From assembly GCA_951406725.2 (NCBI GenBank), contig OX597821.1, forward strand, positions 17,236,001 through 17,300,000: a stretch of DNA of 64,000 nt. The letters are read 5' to 3'. The notes below the pieces were generated by a model. The model saw only the letters and a list, made by a program, of their open reading frames with translations. It made no database searches and was not told the DNA's origin. Position 1 is the stretch's first letter. Each line of letters begins with the position of its first letter. Below are positions 12,698 to 26,182 of this stretch, piece after piece. Source of the stretch: Octopus vulgaris (lineage: Eukaryota). The translations under genes were made by a program, and so were the position numbers.

Positions 12698-13759
12698 TTT
12701 AAATCTTGTATTTCGTCGGAAGAAAGAAGCACATTATAATATTTTTGAAACGAAGATGAAGTGGAGTGTCTAAATCTACATGACACAATTTTCGATCTTT
12801 TCTTAGAATAATTCATTACAATAACGGTAGGCATGAAATATCGCTGCTTCCCCAACTAATAGCATGACAATGTTTGAATTATTTCCGTGCTTGTTCTAAT
12901 CGATTAAATTCCTTCTGCGTATAAATTTTGTTCTTCCTTAGAGACTGTGAGCTTAAGAAACGCGGTTTGCAACCACGTAGTTCCAGGTTCAATCCCACTG
13001 CACGGCACCTGAGGCAAGCGGCTATAGCTACCGGCCGACGTAGAAGAAGAAGAAATTTTTCGAGACCAGGTGGGGAAACGGTTCTATGGGGAGGAGCATA
13101 GAGGAGAGGAAAAGGCAGGTTGCATGGTACAAGAATAGGAGGGTGTCCGTTTAGGGAGATGGTTATAAGGTGGGAAGTGTGAATGAAGTATGGGATGTGT
13201 GTAAGAGTGGGATAAGAGATTTGAGAGAGGAGATAAGGGAAAATGTGAAGAAAATAGTATAGTTGGCACAAAGATGTATAATAATGTGAAGATGGGTATA
13301 AAGTCAGAAGAAAAGGTATAAATAATTTTAAAGTGGTTTGTTATATGCGAAGAAAAAGCAGTTGAGCGTGAAAGAACGTGTTAAAATACAAAGAACATCT
13401 AATAATAAAACTTATAGAAAAGTATTGTCTAAACAAAAGGCGATTGTATAAAACGTGCTGGGAAAACCCTTTCATAAGATAGAAAATGAGTATTAAAAGT
13501 TTTATTAAAAACTGCAAAACCAAACCGGAAGAAGAAGGGCGGTAACTTGAAACTCCAGCTAACGATTTGGGAGGTTTTTCAGTTTCCAATACAATCTGAT
13601 ATACAGGAAGATTCTTTTAATATAAACAGTTTGAAGTAAATATTTTGTTTTCATATACTCTGAATATGTACATAATTGGATTATTTACAAACTCTACCTG
13701 ACTTATGTGCAAGGAGTCTAACATGAACTAATTTTCGATTAACTCATCCCCTATGAAAA

Positions 13760-14390
13760 CGTAATGGAGAACACTTTTTTGAGCGATGTAACAAAGTTTC
13801 ATACACGAGGAAGAGTACATCAAGAGTACACGAGGAAGAGTACATACACGAGGAAGAGTACAGAATTGTTATATTTTACCAAACGGATCTAAAGGATTTA
13901 GTCCAGCACTGGTGGCAAAGTAACCCATTTCTAAAATTTATGGACACTTTTTTCTTGTCCAAGTCACTGATACAGTTACCAAAGTTGTTGCAATTCTCTA
14001 AACCTGATTTAATTGTAGATAAGATTGTAAGAACTCTAATGATTCGACAAGATTTCTCACCCCATTATAACACAATTATAAGGATTATTGGCATCAACCG
14101 TTTTCCAAATAAATAGATTTTGATACAGGGTTAACAGATATGTGCCGGGTAGATCACCAGATCTTACACTTTTGGATTTTTTTTGTTTAGGATTTTATCA
14201 AACACTGAGTCTCCCAAATATTGGCGGATTGAAAAATTGCCCTTCATTTGGTTCTGGAACATCCAGCATCGGAATGAGCATTTGTTATATGCTAACGGTT
14301 GAAAATTCAAATTTTAAAAGAACTCAAAGAATTTGTGAATTTACAAGTCTTTCATTTAAACTGAATTTAAAGTAATATCATATCCGTAGG
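13760..14390 (+). pseudogene. Decayed mariner-like transposase fragment
   Basis: PGRSPDLTLLDFFCLG resembles the WPxRSPDLTPLDFFLWG motif. Confidence 0.55.
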
Positions 14391-14449
14391 GTAATACCAT
14401 ATTGGTAGAGTACCAATAAATGCATTATTATTATCGCTCTATTTCGTTT

Positions 14450-14795
14450 TGTGCCTCAGGCCCAATTAGCCATGCGCAGGAGGCCGCACAGAGTGCAGCT
14501 TTTAAGCTAGTATTGAATAAATGGTGAATATCATTAGACGCTGAGCAGATGAATAGACAACAAACTATCAATGGTCAGGATCAACCAATTCAGTCCGCGA
14601 ATTACTGCTATCAGCTGTAGTCGTGGCGTGAACAAATGAGATGTTTCAGTGAGTGGACGGCCAATGTGGCTAAAACACCAGACGTCCGTGCTGCATCGCT
14701 TGATTGGGACATCCGGCGCGGAGGAGTTGCACTAACTCCGAGCAAGTCACCTGACTGGATGATGATGATAACGATGATGATGCTGTTGGTGATGA
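14450..14795 (+). mobile_element. Possible RTE-like LINE 3' end with (GAT)n tail
   Basis: GC-richer segment ending ...cacctgactg(gat)n; no clean protein motif. Confidence 0.3.
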
Positions 14796-14797
14796 TG

Positions 14798-14833
<36 letters not shown>

Positions 14834-14836
<3 letters not shown>

Positions 14837-14933
14837 CAGGAAGCTTTACGAAAATAAGCAAAAGACGAAGGCAGGTGGAGTACAAACAAACAATTGTTTT
14901 AGTATGGCGCTCAGGAATGGAAATAAAACAGAC
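14834..14933 (-). mobile_element. 5'-truncated copy of the 38395-38579 element, inserted in (TA)n
   Basis: Reverse complement matches 38485-38579 (cctgagcgccatactaa...gtactccacctgccttcgtcttttg...ttttcgtaa); TA repeats on both sides. Confidence 0.85.
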
Positions 14934-15515
14934 ATATATATATATGTGTGTGTGTGTTGCATTAGAGAATACTAAAACTACTTAAGAGTACAACACTATA
15001 AATAAACAATTAGCAATGACATCATAAAGAATCATGATAAAATAACATGATAAATTATTAATACAAAATTAAGCAATTTATATACAATGAAGTAGATAAT
15101 ATCAAAGTTCAGGTAGACACTCAGAATAATTATCAGGATCCTATTTAGTAGCAATCAATAAAAGATAAGCTAGATATTAAAATAACTGATTAAGATAGAA
15201 CAACTGATTACATCATTGTAAGAGTGTAACATTGTCTGAGTGAAACTTGAAATATTGAGTTAAAAATAGGGAAGCACTTAATGCAATCATTAATTAAAAT
15301 TATTAATGTTATGTATGACATAACTGTTTCAAGATTTATTTTAGATAAAGACATAGGCACTTGTACAATTTTTATGTATATAGTTTGGCAGCAAGTAATA
15401 TAATATACATGGCAGAAGATAATATAAAAGAGTAAGGTGAGTTGAAATGAATAAGAAAATCAATTAATGAATAGTATGATAAATGAAATCATCAATAGTT
15501 TCTACTATGATGGAA

Positions 15516-16380
15516 TCGATATATATATAAAGCTGAAGTTGTCTGTGTGTGTGTGTGCGGCAGGTTTGGTAGCCTTCAACTAACACTATGTCCTCTGAGA
15601 CCCTGCGGCGCAAGTTGACTAAAATTGAGAGTATGATAGAAGAAGGCTTGCTTTTCATTCTGTACAAGAAAACATTCAAATCGGACCATGTTACGACCAC
15701 AAATTATTTACATCAAAAAGGTGCTTTTTTTCTATGAAAATCCCTATTTTTTATGATTATTGACTGCTGTGTCGCCATTGTTAGTTGTATTTCAACCAGA
15801 AAAATGTTCACTCAAAGAGAATAACAAGCTACATAATGCAAAAGTTTTACATTTCAAAAATTTCAATTCTAAAGGGTTGAAAAGATTTTGTTTTGATTTT
15901 ACAGATTTTTTTTAGTTATACGTGATGTAAAATAGTCGATTTTATTCATTTTACAGGTACAACCACGATTTATGTTGCCCATCCGTTTGGCTTCAAAATA
16001 ATATTTTTTGGTTTATTTGTAACCACAAACTGTTCTTACTAACGTTTTGGATTTTCTTGTACTTTTTCTTAATGAATACTGTTGCAGTGTTAACTTCTTA
16101 ATAGATTTTCAGTGCAGTTCGAAACTTGAGCTTCATGTTGCTTTAAATCTACGGGTAATTTGTTTCTCCATAACGTTAATAGAAAGAATACTAACCAATA
16201 ATACCAACAACTGAAGTCGGCATTACACATTGGTAGCACATTCAGAGCAAACTCGAGCATCGCCACACTATACTTTTATTCATAGATTGAAACTATGTCA
16301 AAACTTTGTTAACACGACATAAGTCTCGTTTTAAGCGCAACTAAAAAACAAACCCGAGCAACGCCGGGCTATACTGCTAA
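15516..16380 (+). mobile_element. Non-autonomous Helitron
   Basis: 5' TC...atatatataaagctgaagttgtctgtgtg; 3' hairpin cccgagcaacgccggg followed by ctatactgCTAA (CTRR); inserted between A and T with no TSD. Confidence 0.8.
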
Positions 16381-16576
16381 TAGAATGTATGCATAAGGTA
16401 AGAAATTTTGGGCGAGGGTGTTAAACGACTGTCACTTATTTCATCGATTCTGAAAGGATTAAATGCAACAACGACCTCTGCCGGAAGAACTACCGTGAAA
16501 TATTTTGTCCGGCCTGCTAACAATGCTATCCGCTCACCGTCTTGTTTTGTGACATAATATTAATAATAGAATATTG

Positions 16577-16789
16577 TTTTCTACTCTGGGCTCAAGGCCC
16601 GAAATTTTGAGAGAGGACACCAGTCAATTAGATTGACCCCAGTACGAAACTGGTACTTAATTTATCGACTCCGAAAGGATGAAAGGCAAACTCGACCTCG
16701 ACGGAATTTGAACTCAGAACGTAAAGACAGACGAAATACTGCTAAACATTTCGCCCGGCATGCTAACGTTTCTGCCAGCTCGCCGTCTT
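16577..16789 (-). mobile_element. SINE family C (tRNA-like head, Nin/Deu-like domain)
   Basis: Minus strand reads aagacggcgagctggcagaaacgttagc...gtcgagtttgcctttcatcctttcggagtcgataaattaagtaccag. Confidence 0.85.
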
Positions 16790-16845
16790 ATTGATAATAG
16801 CGCATTATCAATAATGCAATAGTGTTATGAATATTGGTAAGAAGA

Positions 16846-17080
16846 AAGGCGGCGAGCAGGCAGAATCGTTAGCACAGCTGAGGAAAATGTTTCAGAGTAT
16901 TTTGCCTGGTGTGCTAACAGGCAAAATATCCCCAAGCATTTTGCTTAGTTCAAATTCCGCCGAGGCCGACTTTGCCTCTCATTCTTTCGGGGTCGACAAA
17001 TTAACTACCAGTACTGGAGTCGATGCAGTCGACTTACCCTCTCACCAAAGGTATCAGACCTGGTGCCTTTAGTAGAAAGA
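16846..17080 (+). mobile_element. SINE family C running into the (ATT)n tract
   Basis: aaggcggcgagcaggcagaatcgttagc...gactttgcctctcattctttcggggtcgacaaattaactaccag...ctttagtagaaaga, then ATT repeats. Confidence 0.85.
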
Positions 17081-17118
17081 TTGTTATTATTATTTTTATC
17101 ATTATTATTATTATTATA

Positions 17119-17160
<42 letters not shown>

Positions 17161-17163
<3 letters not shown>

Positions 17164-19291
17164 TAGTTTTATTTTTATAGCGTGCTTTCACTTCACTACC
17201 GAGCGCAGCTCTGTGTGCCTTGGGTATGTGCTGTGATTTGTTGTGATGCTCTGATGGTTATTGTATGGAAAGTGTTCTGCGTAGGATGTGTGCAGTGCCT
17301 AGTAGTGCAATTTTCTGTATGTTATATGTGTTTGTAAGTCCTGGTGTTTTTGTTATGTATTTGTCTGAATATTTTTTTATCATGCCTAATGCACCTACTA
17401 TGATAGGAATTGTTTCTGTTTTCAGGTTCCACATTCTAGTTACCTCTATTTCCAGGTATTTGTATTTTGAGAGTTTCTCCATTTCTTTTAGAGACACGTT
17501 GTCATCTGCCGGTATTGATACATCAATTAGAAAGCATTTTTTTTTCTTCATGATCTCTGACAACTATATCTGGTCTGTTGGCCTTAATTTCTCTATCTGT
17601 GTGTATCGGCATATCCCAGAGTATGGTTGCTTTCTCGTTTTCTGTGACCTTTTCTGGTGTGTGCCTATACCATCTTTTTTCTGTTGTTATTCCATAATGT
17701 TGGCATAGCTTCCAATGTATGTAGGTTCCAACTCTGTCATGTCTGTGAATATATTCCTTCTTAGCCAGGACTGGACAGCTAGAGATAATATGATTTATTG
17801 TTTCTTGTCCATCTCCACATATTCTGCAGTTACTTGTAATATTTCTTTTCATTACATGTTTTTGGTAATTTCTGGTGGGGAGGCTTTGGTCTTGTGCTGC
17901 AATTAAAAATCCCTCTGTTTCTGCTTTGAGTCCTGAGCTTCTCAACCATTGCTGGGATTTTTCTTTGTCTATTTCTTTTGCGTTTAGTTTAGTGCAGTAT
18001 TTACCATGAAGGGGCTTTTCTTGCCATCGTTTTATCATGGCTCGTTGCTGTTCTATTTTTAGTTTGGATTTCATTTGTTTTATAGCTTTTGTTGTTTCTT
18101 CATCTTCTTCTTCTTCTTCTTTGTGTTTATTATGTGGTATGATATCTTGTTTGTATTTGTCAGCTTCCTTAAATACTGAGAACAGTTTTTTGTTTTGCTC
18201 GTGTTTTGCTGCTATCTGGATCAGTTTTCCTTCCTTCTGAAGTAGGTATTTTTGCAGTCCTATGGTGGTTATTTTATAGTAGTTTTCCAGCTGTATAAGG
18301 CCTCTACCACCTTCTATACGTTGTATATATAGTCTTTCTATGTCAGATTTTGGGTGATGCATCCTAGATCCTGTCAGTATTTTTCTTGTTTTCCTATCTA
18401 TTTTGGACAGTTCATTTCGTGTCCAGTTAAGGATATTGTAGCTGTAACTTATAACTGGGACAGCTAAAGTGTTGATACCTATTATCTTGTTTTGAGCATT
18501 GAGCTCTGTTTTTAGTATTGATCTAACTCGTCTATAATATTCTTTTTTTATTTTCTCTTTCATTTGTGTGTGTTGTGTCTTATTTAGTTCATGTATTCCT
18601 AAGTATTTGTAAGTTTGGCTTTGGTCTAATTCTTTTATTTCATTGGTTTTATCTAGTGTGATGTTGTTACTCTTAACTAGTTTTCCTCTTTTCATGGTTA
18701 CTTTGGCGCATTTTTCTAATCCAAATTTCATATCTATTTCTTTGGTAAATCCATGAACTGTCTTTAATAGTGTTTCCAGCTGTTTGTCATTTGCAGCGTA
18801 TAGTTTTAGGTCATCCATATATAAAAGGTGGCTGATCGTTTTGCTGTAACATTTATATCCGCATCCAGTTCTATTTAGCATATCAGATAGAGGTGACAGT
18901 GCCAAGCAGAAAAGGAGTGGAGAGAGCGTGTCTCCCTGGAATATTCCTCTTCTAATGGGGATGTCTTTGGTTTTCATGAGTCCCTCTTTTGTTTGGAGGT
19001 GTAGGACTGTTTGCCATTTATTCATAGAGTGCTCTATGAATTTTATGATTGTTGGTGCTACTTTGTTAATGGCTAGTGTTTCGAGGATCCATGTGTGGGG
19101 GATGCTATCAAACGCCTTTTTGTAGTCAATCCAGGCCATACTGAGGCCTTTCTTCTTTCTGTGGCTGTCTTCAGTTACGGCTTTATTAATCATTAGTTGA
19201 TCTTTACAGCCATATGAGCCCTTGCGACATCCTTTCTGCTCTTCTGGGAACAGTTTGTTTTCGTCCAGGTGCTTGTTCAGCCTTTGCGATA
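17161..19291 (-). mobile_element. R4/Dong-clade non-LTR retrotransposon, copy 1 (young, 5'-truncated, one frameshift)
   Basis: RT motifs WIDYKKAFDS, GIFQGDTLSP, LYMDDLK; zinc knuckle CRICGDGQETINHIISSC; RHD; RPDIV restriction-like endonuclease. Frameshift in the T9 run at 17537-17545; stop at 17258; (ATT)n on both sides. Confidence 0.95.
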
Positions 19292-19418
19292 TTATTATTA
19301 TTATTATTATTATTGCGATATTATTATTATTATTACTTATTATTATTATTATTCTATTTTGTACAAGTTGGCTCCAATATTATTATTATTATTATTATTA
19401 ATATAATTATTATTGCGA

Positions 19419-19463
<45 letters not shown>

Positions 19464-19480
19464 TTATTATTATTATTATT

Positions 19481-21483
19481 CTATTTTGTACAAGTTGGCT
19501 CCAAGTCTCACCCAGAGACCTCAAGAGACAACAGGTTGGAAGTTCATGTTGTTGTTATGCCTAGTGTGCCATATATTGGGGGGGGAGTTTTTGGTGTTGT
19601 ACAAATGAATGTCTAAAAAAAAAATTTATTTATTTTCTTTTTTAAAACCGAAAATTATGTTTGTTTTAAACCTTGAGATTACATAGAAAGTATTTTGCGT
19701 AGGATATGAGCAGTTCCCATGAGCATTATCTTTTGAATTTCTGCCATTTTGGGGTTTCCTGGTATTTGAGTTAGGTAGCTATCAGCCCCTTTTGCTATCA
19801 TTCCCAGGGCACCTATGACAACAGGTATTATTTTAGTCTTCAGGTTCCACATTTTGCTGATTTCTATTTCAAGATCTTTATATTTGCTCAGTTTTTGGTA
19901 GGTCTTGACAGATACGTTTATATCGATTGGGACAGTCATATCAATGAGGAGGCATGTTCTTTGTTTGAAGTCTTTCAATATGATGTCTGGCCTATTTGCA
20001 TCTATCTTTCTGTCAGTTTGAATGGTGAAGTTCCAGAGGAGTGAGATGTGGTCATTTTCAAGCACTGGGGGTGGTTTGTGTTCCCACCAGTTTTTTTCAT
20101 GGGGCAAATCCAGGTTTTTGCAGATTACCCAGTGAATATATTGTGCAGCTCTATCGTGTCTGTTGAGATACTCTGTATGCGCTAGAAGACTGCACTTGGA
20201 GACCACATGGTCAATGGTTTCATTTTGTTGCTGGCATACACGACACGTTGGACTGCTTCTGATCTTTTATATGTTGGCCTGGTAGTTTCTTGTTGGTAGG
20301 CATTGATCTTGAGCTGCTATGATAAACCCCTCTGTTTCAGATTTTAAGCTAGACGCCATTAGCCATTGATGGGTCAGGGCTTTGTCAACATCTGCATTAT
20401 TTGCTCTCTTTGGGTATTTGCCATAGAGAGGTTTTTCTTGCCATTTATCATTCAGAATATCTAAGGCCGCAGATTTAGCACGGGTTTTCATGCGCTTAGC
20501 TTTTTCTGTGCCTGTTTCTTGTATGTCTATCTCTAATTCCGAAATTTGTTGTATTCGGAATTCACTTAGATATTCCTTTGCCTGTTTTGTTACTGAGTAT
20601 GATGCTTTCTTGTTTTCATGTTTTGAGACAAGTTTTAACATCCAGTCCGCAGAGTTTTTCAGGTAGGTGTCTAGGCCAATTGTAGCAATCTTCATTGTTA
20701 TTGCCAGTTGTAAAAGTCCACGGCCTCCCTCTTTTCTTGGCAGATAAAGTCGTTCTGTATCTGCCTTAGAGGTGGTGCATTCTATGCATTGTCAACAGTT
20801 TTCGAATTTTTCTGTCAAGATTACATATTTCAGTAATTGACCAGTTAACGATATTGAAACTGTAAGTCACAACTGGTATGGCTAATGCATTGATCGCTTC
20901 GATCCTGTTTCTCGCATTCAGCTCTGTCTTGATTATTGCTCTTACTCTGCGATAACATTCTCTCCTGATCCTTTCCTTCATCTCTGAATGCCTTATTCCT
21001 TCTCCTTCAACTACCCCTAGATACTTGTAGTTCTCTGCTGGGTCTAATTCTTTTATGACATTCTGCTGGTCAAGGTTAACGTTAGATGTTTCTGTCATTT
21101 TTCCTTTGATAAAGGTAGCTTTTGCACACTTATCGAGGCCAAATTGCATTTTGATGTCATCACTGAATTGTTTGATAATCGCTAGTAAGCCCTTGAATTG
21201 TTGGTCATGTTTTGCAAAGAGCTTTAAATCATCCATGTAAATGAGATGATTTATATTTTTATCAAACCTTTTATACCCGTACCTCGCGTCATTGAGCAGT
21301 TTTGAGAGAGGTATTAAGGCTAAACAGAAGAGGAGTGGTGATAGTGAGTCACCCTGAAAAATGCCACATGAAATTTTTACATCACCAGCATTTAGAGATT
21401 CATTGTCACTGTTCAAAGTTAGTGTGGTTCTCCATGATCTCATACTTACAGACAAAAAGTTTCGCAGAGCAGGTGCTATCTTA
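19481..21483 (-). mobile_element. R4/Dong-clade non-LTR retrotransposon, copy 2 (different family, 5'-truncated)
   Basis: GIFQGDSLSP, IYMDDLK, CRVCQQQNETIDHVVSKC, RHD, RPDII. A +1 frameshift near 20770 and an in-frame stop at 20267; 3' UTR differs from copy 1; (ATT)n on both sides. Confidence 0.95.
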
Positions 21484-21498
21484 CTATCTTATCTTATC

Positions 21499-21604
<106 letters not shown>

Positions 21605-21614
21605 CATTATTAAT

Positions 21615-24510
21615 CAGTAGCTTATTTTTATCACGTGCTTTCACTGCACTACCGAGTGCAGCTCTGTGTGATGCTCTTATTTTTACTGTACTGAAAATGT
21701 TTTACGCAGGATGTACGCGGTGCCTAGTGGTGCTATTTTCTGTATATTATATATAGTTATTAGTCATTGTGTTTTTGTTATGTATTTGTGTGAATATTTT
21801 TTATCATTCCTAATGCGCCTACTATGATAGGAATTGTTTCTGTTTTTAGATTCGAGTTACCACTATTTAGACTCCACATTCGAGCTACTTCTATTTCCAT
21901 TTGTTTTAGATAAATATTGTTACCTATTGGTATTGATACATCAATTAATAAGCATCATTTTTTCCTTGATGAACTCTGACAACTATATCCAGACTATTGG
22001 CATTAATTTCTTTATCTGTGTCTATTGGAATATCCCAGAGTATAGCAGCTTTCTCGTTTTCTGTTCCCCCCGCTGGTGTATGCCTATACCATCTTTTTTC
22101 TGTTGTTATTCCAGTGTTGGCATAACTTCCAGTGTATATAGGTCCCAACTCTGTCCTGTCTGTGAATATATTCTTTCTTAGTCAGGACTGGGCAACCAGA
22201 GACAATATGATTTATTGTTTCTCCTCCATCTCCACATATTCTGCAGTTACTTGTATGTCTTTTCATTACACGCTTTTTCATAATCTCTGGTGGGAAGGAT
22301 TTGAGCTTATGCTGCAATTAAAAATCCTTCAGTCTCTGCTTTCCTTGCCATCGTTTTATCAGGTTATGTTGCTGTTTCAGTTTTAGTTTGGATTTCAGTT
22401 GTTTTACAAATTTCGTTGTTTCATCTTTTTCTTCATAGTTATTAGGTATTATAATTTGTATTTGTCAGCTTCCTTAAAGACTGAAAACAGTTTTTTGTTT
22501 TCTTCGTGTTTTGTGGCTATTTGTACTAGTTTTCCCTGCTTCTCGAATAGGTATTTCTGTAGTTCTATGGTGGTTATTTTGTAATAGATATCCAGCTGTA
22601 TAACGCCTCTACCACCTTTGATACGTTGTATATATAATCATTCAATGTCAGATTTTGGGTTGTACATCTTAAATCCTGTCATTATTTTTCTTGCCTTCCT
22701 GTCTATTTTGATTAGCTCATTTAGAGTCCATTTAAGAATATTGTAGCTGTAACTTATAAGTAGGACGGCTAGAGTGTTGATACCTATTATCTTGTTTTTC
22801 GCATTGAGCAATGCTTTCGGTATTAATCTTTTCTTATTTTCGTTTTCATTTGTGTGTGTTGTATCGTAACTAGTTCATTGATTCCTAAGTATTTGTATGT
22901 CTAGCTTTGGTCTAAGTCACTTATTTCACTTGCTTTATCTAGTGTGATATTGTTCCTCTTAACTACTTAACTAGTTTTCCTCTTTTCGAGGTTGATTTAG
23001 CACACTTTTCTCAGCCAAATTTAATGTTTATTTCTTTGGCGAATCCATGTACTGTCTGTGGTAATGTTTCCAGCTGTTTATCATTTGTAGCGTACAGGTT
23101 TACTTTATCCGTATATAAGAGGTGGTTGATCATTTTGCTGTAACAGTTGTATCCACATCCAGTTCAGTTTAGCATGTCAGATATAGGTGTCAGTGCCAAG
23201 CAGATAAGGAGTGGAGAGAGCGTGTCTCCCTGGAATATTTCTCTTCTAACGGGGATGGCTTTGGTTTTTACGAGTCCCTCTTTTGTCTGGAGCTATAGCA
23301 CTGCCGTTTATTAATAGGATATTTTATACGTTTTATGATTATTGGTGCTACCTTGTTCATTGCTAGTGTTTCTAGGATCAATGTGTGGGGACTACTATCA
23401 AACGCCTTTCGGTAATCGATCCAGGCCATACGTAGACACTTTTTCTTTCTGCGGCTGTCTCAAGTAATGCCTTTATTGATCAGTAGCTGATCTTTACAGC
23501 CGTGGGAGCCCTTGCAGCAACCCTCTGCTCTTCTGGAAACAGGTTGTTTTCTTCCAGATATTTGCTGATTCTCTGCGATATTATTGCAGTAAAGGCTTTG
23601 TAAATTGTAGAGAAACAAGTTATCAGTCTGTAATTTTGAAGGTTTGCCTTTTCAGCGAATTTGGGAATTAGGATATTTTTCTCTTCTGTGAGCCATTCAG
23701 GCATTGTCTCTAACTCTGCTAGTATTTCATTAAAATTCTCAGCCAGCTTTTTGTGTTCGGTTCGGGGATCATGTACCCGGGTGCCTTCTAGTGGCTTAGT
23801 TTTAGCAGTGCCTGGGTGACTTCTTCAATTGTTATAGAGGTCTAGAGTTGTTCAGGGGCTGTGTTTTGATAGATCTTTCCTGAAGTTGTTCCTTCGCCAA
23901 CCATATTTGTTTCCAAAATTCTTCCATTTCTGCTGTTAGTGCTGCATTAATCTCTATTTTATTTTTATCAAGTTTTTGAGGTTGGAGTTGAACTGTTTGT
24001 TTTGTTCAAAGAAACGTTGACGAATTCTTTGTGCTTTGGTGAGGATATTTTGCTTTAGCTGTTCTTTTACTTCAGGTGTACCTTCGTCTGTAATTTTGCA
24101 TTTATGTAATACTTTTCTTCTCGTTTTGTTGCTTAGTAGTGTTGATTGTCTGCCAGTTTCATTAAGGATTGACAGATCATTTCTCTTATTTTCCATTGTT
24201 TTCTGGATATTATTTATCCACGGGGTTTGTTTGGGTGGTGATGCTCCAGCTTGAATGGGTTTTAGGGGGTATCCAGCTTCTGCGGCCACAGAGGCTGATG
24301 CATATATTATACCATTTAGCCTTGTCATATTGACATTTGTTTCGGAGGCTATTAGTTCTGTGACGACCAGGTTCATGCTATTCATTATTGATGTTTCATT
24401 ATCAATTTTAATTTTTGTAAAGTACAATCGGGGGTCCATACAGAGATCGATGTTATTCAATTCTTTGATTATGCTCATTTTTAGAGTATCATAATCATTA
24501 GTTTCACCTT
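21615..24510 (-). mobile_element. R4/Dong-clade non-LTR retrotransposon, copy 3 (older, related to copy 1, extends further 5')
   Basis: 3' end (cagtag...cgtgctttcactgcactaccgag) like copy 1; fragments CRICGDGGETINHIVSGC, MPEWLTE...NYRLITC and LNGIIYASA; many stops and deletions. Confidence 0.93.
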
Positions 24511-24512
24511 CA

Positions 24513-24582
24513 CTTTCATCTTTTCGAGGTCGATAAATTAAGTACCTTTAGTAGAAAGGATTATTATTGTTATTATTATTAT
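24513..24582 (+). mobile_element. SINE family C 3' fragment with (ATT)n tail
   Basis: ctttcatcttttcgaggtcgataaattaagtacctttagtagaaaggattattatt. Confidence 0.65.
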
Positions 24583-25396
24583 TGTAGTCGCCGCCATCAT
24601 CATCAGATGTCGTTAAAGTCTTTCTCTTCTATCTTTATGCGGAGAAAAGAATATTGTTTTACTAAGCAGTGAAATTACTGAGTCGTTATGATACTGTTTG
24701 TCTCTCATCGGTTCCATCACCGGTTTAGCTTAGTATTTATCTAAATTTCCACTTGATGGCTTACTATTTATATTTCAGATTTTTAGTTGTCCACTGTAGT
24801 TGAAACACCAATATTTTTGGCTATTCTTATAGTCAAAGCTATAGTCTCTGTTTGAGAGTAAAAGTAGTATTAGGAAAACTTGCATGATTTTCTGCACGTT
24901 TTCGTTTCGTGTTGGTTAATAGGTCATTCTATCCTACAGCTACTTTTCAGTTTGCATTAACATTGAAAATTAGTTGATGAGCTGAAAGATTGAAGATCTT
25001 AATTGATATGCTTAATAGCAAGGGCATTTATCATAGATTTAGGGTGAGCATATTTTTATATTTGTATTGCGAGCGCATTTTGATTTATGGAAAGCGTAAT
25101 ATGGGCCAAAATTTGGGTTCAGTGTTAAATTTAGGGAATTAAAAATTATATTTTTTCAAAATTGATAGGAAGGTAATAATTTCTGAGGAACAAACATCCG
25201 AAATATCACTGACAATTGTAACTTATGCTTGTTTGTTTGTTTTGTTCTTTTTTTCATTTGTATATGTCTGAGTATGCTCTGTATGTGTCAATGTGTATGC
25301 ATGTATGTATGCATATATATGTTTATGTGACCTCGTGTGTACCGTTGGCGATTTTTTCCTCTGTCTTCCATTCTCTGGATCTTTCCAGTAGGTAGG

Positions 25397-25483
<87 letters not shown>
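25397..25483. repeat. (GATA)n microsatellite
   Basis: Direct reading. Confidence 0.95.
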
Positions 25484-25489
<6 letters not shown>

Positions 25490-26118
25490 TAAAGGTATGT
25501 TTGATTTCATTTTGTTTCTATATTTGTCGAAGATTTCATTCTCGTTTGGCCTTTCTCCTCCGTTATATTTTCCTCTTCCATTTGCTCTCATTTGCTCTCT
25601 ATTTCCTCACCTTCCCAATACTTGTCTATTTCTCATTTCACGATTTTTATTTAAGTCTGTCTGCATGTCTTGCTTGCTCGGAATCTATCTTTTTACTTCC
25701 CTATGTAGTTTTCTTCATTACTTTCTCTTTTCTAGTTCTCCGTCTATTGTTCTCACTGTGTGTGCGTGTGTCTATATATATATATGTGTGTGTGTATATG
25801 TACATGTGTGTAGGGATAGAGAGAGAGGGATAGAGAGAGAAAGAGAGAGATAGTGGACTATCTTTATCCCTTGCTCTTTCTCTCTCATTATATTTGCATC
25901 TATGAGCGTGCACACGTGCCTGTGAACTTGCATTAAATTCATCCTTTGATGTGTATACATATGAGTATGTATACACATACATGCATATATATATATCCTC
26001 AGAAATATGCATTTATACGCAAATAAATTATATATATATATATACACATATATTAGTGTGTTCGTGTGTGTGATTATATTTATATACATATACGTATATG
26101 TGTGTGTGTATGTACATA

Positions 26119-26182
<64 letters not shown>

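Noticed and set aside
12241-12855. 204-aa Pro/Ser/Phe/Leu ORF
   Set aside because: Translation of (GAA)/(GGA) repeats.
13801-13862. Triple repeat of acacgaggaagagtaca
   Set aside because: Local micro-duplication inside a decayed transposon with no sign of function.
17523-17563. Programmed ribosomal frameshift in Dong copy 1
   Set aside because: The shift lies in a 9-base homopolymer of a 5'-truncated copy, and copy 2 reads through this region in one frame; mutation or sequencing indel is more likely.
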